A stretch of DNA of 64,000 nucleotides from the human T2T-CHM13v2.0 reference genome, Homo sapiens: assembly GCF_009914755.1 (NCBI RefSeq), contig NC_060931.1; one strand, written 5' to 3'. The notes below the pieces were generated by a model that saw only the letters and a program-made list of their open reading frames with translations, made no database searches and was not told the DNA's origin. Positions 57,538-64,000 of this stretch are shown in pieces. The translations under genes were made by a program, and so were the position numbers. How positions within the stretch are numbered: position 1 is the stretch's first letter; every line of letters starts with the position of its first letter.

Positions 57538-58817
57538 TTCTACATATAGAGAGTGGTTACAAATTTCAATCCATAAGTGTCAAGTGTACATGTGTTGATA
57601 TTTTCTTTTCTTTTGATTTCCTGTAAGTCAGTATAATGTCTATTAAAGGCCTTTTGGTTAATGTGGGATTTTACTGTTCTTTTCCCCTGGAGTGGCATCT
57701 ATTTTCCCAGGAGTGTATATAGGCCCAAGTTATCAGGGAAAGTAGACAAGTAGCCATGCTAGCTTCCATCGAGATGATTCCTATCAAATCTAGTCCTAGA
57801 TTATTGGTTCGTGCAGATTGCCACTCCATCAGGTCTCATTCCCATCCAAAAGACCCATTTGCGCCTGGCTCTCTTTGTGGCCTCTGGTTATTCTTGGATC
57901 CAAGGACAGCATTCCATTTTTCTGTACCTGAAATATACTGAACCATAGTCTCATACCCCATCTACCTTAGTGCCCCCTCTGTTGGGACTGTAATACATTG
58001 GACTACAGGAAACTCTACAAGGCTGTCACAGGCCTGTCTGCCTAAATCCTTCATGAGGCCATTTCTATTCCTGCTATTTTCTAAGGTCTTGGCATAGGGA
58101 ATGAGTCTCAAAAGTGTAGTCCTTGAGGGGATTTGTAGCATAGTGAAACTACAATAAATCACATCAGGTTTCTCACTATTGCCTCTTGAACTAGAAGAGA
58201 CTCTCTTGTTATAGGGGTGCAGAAGAGAATAAAAACTGGAGGAGACTTGACAGTAGCCCAGATGAGCCCCAAAAGGGGGTTAGTGGGTGCATCACAGAAA
58301 CCATATACAGGTTTTGTGGATCTGAGAAAAAGGAAAACCTACATCTCAATTCCTCAGTAAAGCAGATTTCTCAAAACTTGTATAAGTATTTTTGGCTCCT
58401 TCTGTGAGTCATGGTCCAGTTGCCCAAATTGGGGAGAGGATCTTGAGATTATTAGAAATATTGGTGGAAAACACACGTGGTTAATATTTTAAATATTATA
58501 TGCACAAACATATATACAAATCTATGCATAAGGAAAATGTATCAGATTATCCATAGTGGTTAATTTTGGGCAATGGAATTACCAGTATTTATATTTGCAT
58601 TTGAAATGAGTTTTCAAATGATAAGCCATGAAATATGTGTTACTTCTTAATTGTAAAGAAAATAAATGTTATTCCAAAAGTTGAAATGAAAATAGATGTA
58701 GCAAGAGAACAGACAGAGGAAGTTGCCAAATATCTGTCCAAAATAGGCTTTTCACTGACTTGGAAGGCAAAATTGGGACCAGGAAATGGGTCAGCAGCCC
58801 TCCTGCCTTCTATTTCT

Positions 58818-61167
58818 TTTTTTATTTTTTTTAATGATACTTTAAGTTCTAGGGTACATGTGCACAATGTGCAGGTTTGTTACATATGTATACATGTGCC
58901 ATGTTGGTGTGCCGCACCCATTAACTCGTCATTTACATTAGGTATTTCTCCTAATGCTATCCCTTCCCCCTCCTCCCAACCCACGACAAGCCCTGGTGTG
59001 TGATGTTCTCCACCCTGTGTCCAAGTGTTCTCATTGTTCACTTCCCAACTATGAGCAAGAACATGCGGTGTTTGGTTTTCTGTCCTTGCAATAGTTTGCT
59101 CAGAATGATGGTTTCCGGCTTCATCCATGTCCCTACAAAGGAAATGAACTCATCCTTTTTTATGGCTGCATAGTATTCCATGGTGTATATGTGCCACATT
59201 TTCTTAATCCAGTCTATCATTGATGGACATTTGGGTTGGTTCCAAGTCTTTGCTACTGTGAATAGTGCCTCAATAAACATGTGTGCATGTGTCTTTATAG
59301 TAGCATGATTCATAATCCTTTGGGTATATACCCAGTAATGGGATGGCTGGGTCAAGTGGTATTTCTAGTTCTAGATCCTTGAGGAATTGCTGAGAAGTGA
59401 CAGTATGCTGGCAGCCCTCACTTGCTCTCAGTGCTTCCTCGGCCTGGGCGCCCACTCTGGCCGTGCTTGAGAAGCCCTTCAGCCTGCTGCTGCACTATGG
59501 GAGCCCCTCTCTGGGCTGGCCGAGGTCGGAGCCAGCTCCCTCTGCTTGCAGGGAGGTGTGGAGGGAGAGGCACAGGCGGGAACCGGGGCTGCACGCAACT
59601 CTCATGGGCCAGCATGAGTTCTGAGTGGACGTGGGCACGGTGGGCCCCGCACTCGGAGCAGCCGGCTCGTGCTGCCAGCCCCGGGCAGTGAGGGGCTTAG
59701 CACCTAGGCCAGCAGCTGCAGAAGGTGCGCTGGGTCCCCTGACAAGCGCCACCCCCTGCTCCACAGCACCCGGTCCCATCGACCGCCCAAGGACTGAGGA
59801 GTGTGGGCACATGGCGTGGGACTGGCAGGCAGCTCTGACTGCAGCCCCCATGTGGGATCCACTAGGTGAAGCCAGCTGGGCTCCTGAGTCTAGTGGGGAC
59901 TTGGAGAACCTTTATGTCTAGCTAAGGGATTGTAGATACACCAATCAGCACTCTGTGTATAGCTCAAGGTTTGTGAATGCACCAATCAGCACTCTGTATC
60001 TGGCTAATCTGGTGGGGATTTGGAGAACCCTTATGTCTAGATAACGGATTGTAAATACACCAATCAGCACCCTGTGTCTAGCTCAAGGTTTGTAAATGCA
60101 CCAATCAGTGTTCTGTGTCTAGCTAATCTAGTGGGGACTTGGAGAACTTCTGTGTCTAGCTCAGAGATTGTAAATGCACCAATCAGCACCCTGTCAAAAC
60201 GGACCAATCAGCTCTCTGTAAAATGGATCAATCAGCAGGATGTGGGTGGAGCCAGATAAGGGAATAAAAGCAGGCTGCCTGAGCTGGCAGTGGCAACCTG
60301 TTCGTGGAAGCTTTGTTCTTTTGCTCTTTGCAATAAATCTTGCTGCTGCTCACTCTTTGGGTCCGCACTGCCTTTATGAGCTGTAATACTCACCGCGAAG
60401 GTCTGCAGGTTCACTCCTGAGGCCAGCGAGACCACGAACCCAGAGAGAGGAATGAACAACTCCAGACAGGAGGAACGAACAACTCCAGAAGCGCCGCCTT
60501 AAGAGCTGTAACACTCACCGCGAAGGTCTGCAGCTTCACTCCTGAAGCCAGCGAGACCACGAACCCACCAGAAGGAAGAAACTCCAAACATGTCCGAACA
60601 TCAGAAGGAACAAACTCCAGACACATCACCTTTATGAACTGTAACACTCACCGCAAGGGTCTGCGGCTTCGTTCTTTAAGTCAGTGAGACAAAGAACCCA
60701 CCAATTCCAGACACATCGCCATACTGTTTTCCACAATGGTTAAACTAGTTTACACTCCCACCAAAAGTGTAAAAGTGTTCCTATTTCTCCACATCCTCTC
60801 CAGCACCTGTCATTTCCTTACTTCTTAATGATTGCCATTCTAACTGGTGTGAGATGGTATCTCATTGTGGTTTTGATTTGCATTTCTCTGATGGCCAGTG
60901 ATGGTGAGCATTTTTTCATGTGTCTGTTGGCTGCATAAATGTCTCCTTTTGAGAAGTGTCTGTTCATATCCTTTGCCCACTTTTTGATGGGGTTGTTTGA
61001 TTTTTTTCTTGTAAATTTGTTTAAGTTCTTTGTAGATTCTGCATATTAGCCCTTTGTCAGATGGGTAGATTGCAAAAATTTCCCCCTATTCTGTAGGTTA
61101 TCTGTTCACTCTGATGGTAGAGAAGACCTTAAATGACCTGATGGAGCTGAAAACCATGGCGAGAACT
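58818..61167 (-). mobile_element. L1PA5-like 5'-truncated LINE-1 (58818-59390 and 60716-61120) with a short inverted ORF1 piece (61117-61167, +), interrupted by LTR12
   Basis: TSD TCCTGCCTTC(T/G)ATTTCT at 58801-58817 and 61168-61184; collinear with the L1 at 20214-21190. Confidence 0.9.
59391..60715 (+). mobile_element. LTR12 (ERV9) solo LTR nested in L1
   Basis: TG...CA ends, six CCAATCAG repeats, AGATAAG and AATAAAAG promoter core, TSD TTGC/TCGC. Confidence 0.93.
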
Positions 61168-62703
61168 TCCTGCCTTCGATTTCTCACAAGCTCGGGCATA
61201 CCACGAGGCTTGGAGACTCAAAACCTGAAGAGCCTGCAATCAGATTTCTCCCTTACTATTCCTGCTCATTGTCTTCTGTGGACTAATACTGAACATGAAA
61301 CTTTGCTTACAGTTTTGTGGCCTGTTCCTTTCCTCTGATTGCTGATCATTGCATGAATTTCCTGAGATTATCACTGAATAGGACCTTTCTTTTTCCTGTA
61401 TCCTCTACTACACACACTGAGTTCAAATAGAATTATTTTACTTGGAAAACTCCAGGTTTTGCTAAGTTCCAGCCTTGGTTTGTGTAGCACTGGTTGGCTG
61501 CCTTAGACTAATTTTTTGGGGGTGTCAGATAGTAAAAGGAGCACAATCAAGCACCAGGTCATCTGAAAGACAAATTTTAGACGTCACTTTCTTTTGTGAT
61601 TTTGTTGCTTAACCCAGTGCAGGGGCAGTCAAAGCTGTATCACCATTGCATTCACTGTCTAGGTAAAAATGGGAAAATTCAGTCAGTTATACTAATATTC
61701 CTTACTACTTGCAATTTATGTTCACTGGCCTATTGGTATGAGCAATGCATTGTACATTACATATTTGGCAGTAAAAGGACAGATACCCAGATGTCATACT
61801 AAAATTTCTGCATTTGTTTGAAAATACTAGTTTAAGCAATTACATGTTATGCAAGTGGTTAGTCCTTCCCTCTCCAGCTTGGCTGCCACCAGTAATAATG
61901 GATCATAACATCTTCTCCTGTGTGATCTGATGCGGCCTTGGGATTCGTCCCAACGCAGGACTCCAGAGATCAGTGGATCAGTGAATTATGTTTGGGAGAT
62001 GCAACCCCTGTTGTTACTGGGCTGGGGGCCCAAGCAGCTGCTGGTGGGGTGTTCTGCCCTGCAGCAGCACCCTACCTCCACCCTCCCCTTTACATTTAGA
62101 AGAACTGTCCTTTAGTGAGACTGTCAATGGAAAACATGAAAATCATTCATTTAATCCAACATTTTCAATCGCAGAGGAAAAACAAGCAGAAGAGTTAAGT
62201 CACCAGAGTCATACAGCTGGTAGGAAAAATGGGTTCTCTAAATCTCAGTTTAAACAGAAATCCTTGTCACACTCTTCTGGGGATTGAGAAGCGTAAGATT
62301 TTTTTTTTTTTTTTTAATTGCCTTTCTGAAACTTTAGAAGAATACCTATTTGCCCTGTTGGCCAAAACCAGGCAACTGTGTGAAACAGTTGAATGCTAAA
62401 ACAAACTAAACAGATGCTGGAAACTCAACCGTTTGTTTCTTGAACAAAATTGATTTTACCTGATGTCCTCTTGAGCTCAGTTAGACTTTGCCAGAGAGAA
62501 AACGAGACTGTCTGCAACTTTAACAATAATCACACAGACACATACTTCTTTCCCCCTTTAGTTTCCCATTTTGAAAATAACTCGAGGGCCTGACAAATGC
62601 TGAGTTTGGGCAACATGGCTGTGTTCTTGATTGAGGAAAGCAGGCCTGCCTGACCGTGTTTCAACAGTCAGTGCAGAATCTCAAAAGGAAGTACAAATAG
62701 GAA

Positions 62704-63173
62704 GGGTTAAGGGTCCTCTTTTTTTGTTCTTTATTCCACCCGTTGCACACTAGGGTTCTCTCACTTCTTCTTTCAAATAGGCTTCTCAAAATGCACTGTG
62801 TATTGGAGCAAAGGGAGTGAGGGATTGTTTATTTTTATTTTTAAATAAGAAATGAAACCTATAAATTAATGCCCTAGGGAAAAAAGAAAGTTACTTTCTG
62901 CTATGCACAATTTTTACCAACATTGTGTTGGAAGGAAGAAGCAGCTGGCCTGCGGAAGCTAAGCAGATGCTGGGGCTCTCTCGAGCAGGCTAAGTTGGTG
63001 AAAGGTCAGTCCCACACCCACAGCCTGGGCGGGACTGCCTGGCTGCAGAGTCAACAAGGGGAAGTTTAGTAGGTGAAGGGTCACTGCTGCCGAGCAGCAA
63101 TAACTTTCCATGCCTCAGCTCCCAGGCATCTAGTTTCTGTTCATGGAAATAGAGCTCACTAGGGGAAAGGTCG
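62704..63173 (+). promoter_or_regulatory. Distal enhancer candidate: cluster of DR1/PPRE motifs about 12 kb upstream of PDK4
   Basis: AAGT-TGGTGA-A-AGGTCA (62992-63008), TAGT-AGGTGA-A-GGGTCA (63067-63083), CACT-AGGGGA-A-AGGTCG (63157-63173), and a weaker GGGTTA-A-GGGTCC (62704-62716). Confidence 0.75.
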
Positions 63174-63701
63174 GGGAGACCAAGGCGTCTCTATCATAGC
63201 CCTGATCTGACACTGTGTTCTTGCATGAGGCTCAGCTACTCACTGTGTTCTTGCGTGAGTCTCCTGGCTGTTAGGAATTCTGCTGCTCAAGTGGAAAAAA
63301 CAGATTGCAAAGTACTTCATAGATCACCCTGTACTGAGTATGGCAAACTGATCAACAGCCTACTTACTGCTACATTTATATTATTTAAAATAACTGCCAG
63401 GTGAGATTCTTTTCAAAAGTGTATTTCAATAAAGAAACCTGTAGGTTTTCTTATCAATTGCTCTAGAGCAATGATTCCTAATCTTCAGGTAGTTTAATTT
63501 GCAACATTGCTGTGAAATCTTTAAAACATGGTGTTTGAAATGACTCCAGGTCAGCAGAGAACTTCTCCATGTTCTAGACAAGTGCTTTTTAGATTGTGGG
63601 TTGTAACTAATTAGTGGATCATGAAATCAGTTTAATGAGTCACGAACAGCATTAAAATGAAATAGAATCAAGGGAAAAAAGCATCTTTGTGGTAAGGGCA
63701 G

Positions 63702-63724
63702 TTTTTTTTTTTTTTTTTTTTTTT
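63702..63724. repeat. poly(T) tract
   Basis: Direct reading. Confidence 0.85.
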
Positions 63725-64000
63725 GGTGTCAAATTTTTGTTTCAGGTCTATCTGAATGATGATGTAAGAAGACCACTGTTCTAGATTTTAAGAACAAAAG
63801 CTTTGCTGCCTTGAACCCCCAAATAATTGCTCAAATTCAAACTGGTTGTTAGCTTTTTTAAAAGCTCAGCTGATTCCGCAGGATGTTGTGGCTGTGAACT
63901 GGGAAGCCTGCCATGCTATTATTTTGAAAAGTGCTGTGCAAACAGTGTTCCTCTCAGATGGTTTCCAGAGTTAGTTCCTTACAAGCATTTCCTCTTGAAA

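Noticed and set aside
57968-57986. CTCF-like TGCCCCCTCTGTTGG
   Set aside because: Only half of the core aligns in either register; not supportable without a PWM score or ChIP data.
59890-60230. Regularly spaced ~40-bp repeats resembling a CRISPR array
   Set aside because: These are LTR12 U3 NF-Y tandem repeats in a mammalian genome, with no unique spacers or cas genes.

Overview
Primate (human-type) genomic DNA containing the complete PDK4 gene (pyruvate dehydrogenase kinase 4) on the minus strand. It has 11 coding exons, all introns GT-AG, and a 1236-nt CDS (411 aa, MKAARFVLRS...KEVAM*) from ATG 50450 to TGA 39797. The 3'UTR is about 2.1 kb, ending near AATAAA at 37675-37680, and there is a CpG-island promoter at about 50300-51100. 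The rest is non-coding and rich in repeats: 14 Alu/FLAM copies, two solo LTR12 (ERV9) LTRs, two twin-primed inverted L1PA insertions, and old L1M, MaLR, MER, MIR and L2 fragments. Nearly all non-PDK4 ORFs in the track are repeat-derived or chance. I see no convincing wholly new gene system. The best leads are regulatory and retrotransposon-structural: (1) a cluster of co-oriented DR1/PPRE motifs about 12 kb upstream; (2) a stop-free, ATG-free 5'UTR in frame with PDK4 that could allow a CUG-initiated N-terminal extension ahead of the mitochondrial presequence; (3) tandem STAT5-type GAS sites in intron 1; (4) an L1 whose inverted piece is only about 50 bp of ORF1 and which was later invaded by a CCAAT-rich LTR12 lying between the enhancer and the promoter; (5) an inverted L1 nested in an AluY tail; (6) a tail-less Alu with flanking duplications. 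Repeat subfamily names come from recalled consensus features and need RepeatMasker/Dfam confirmation.
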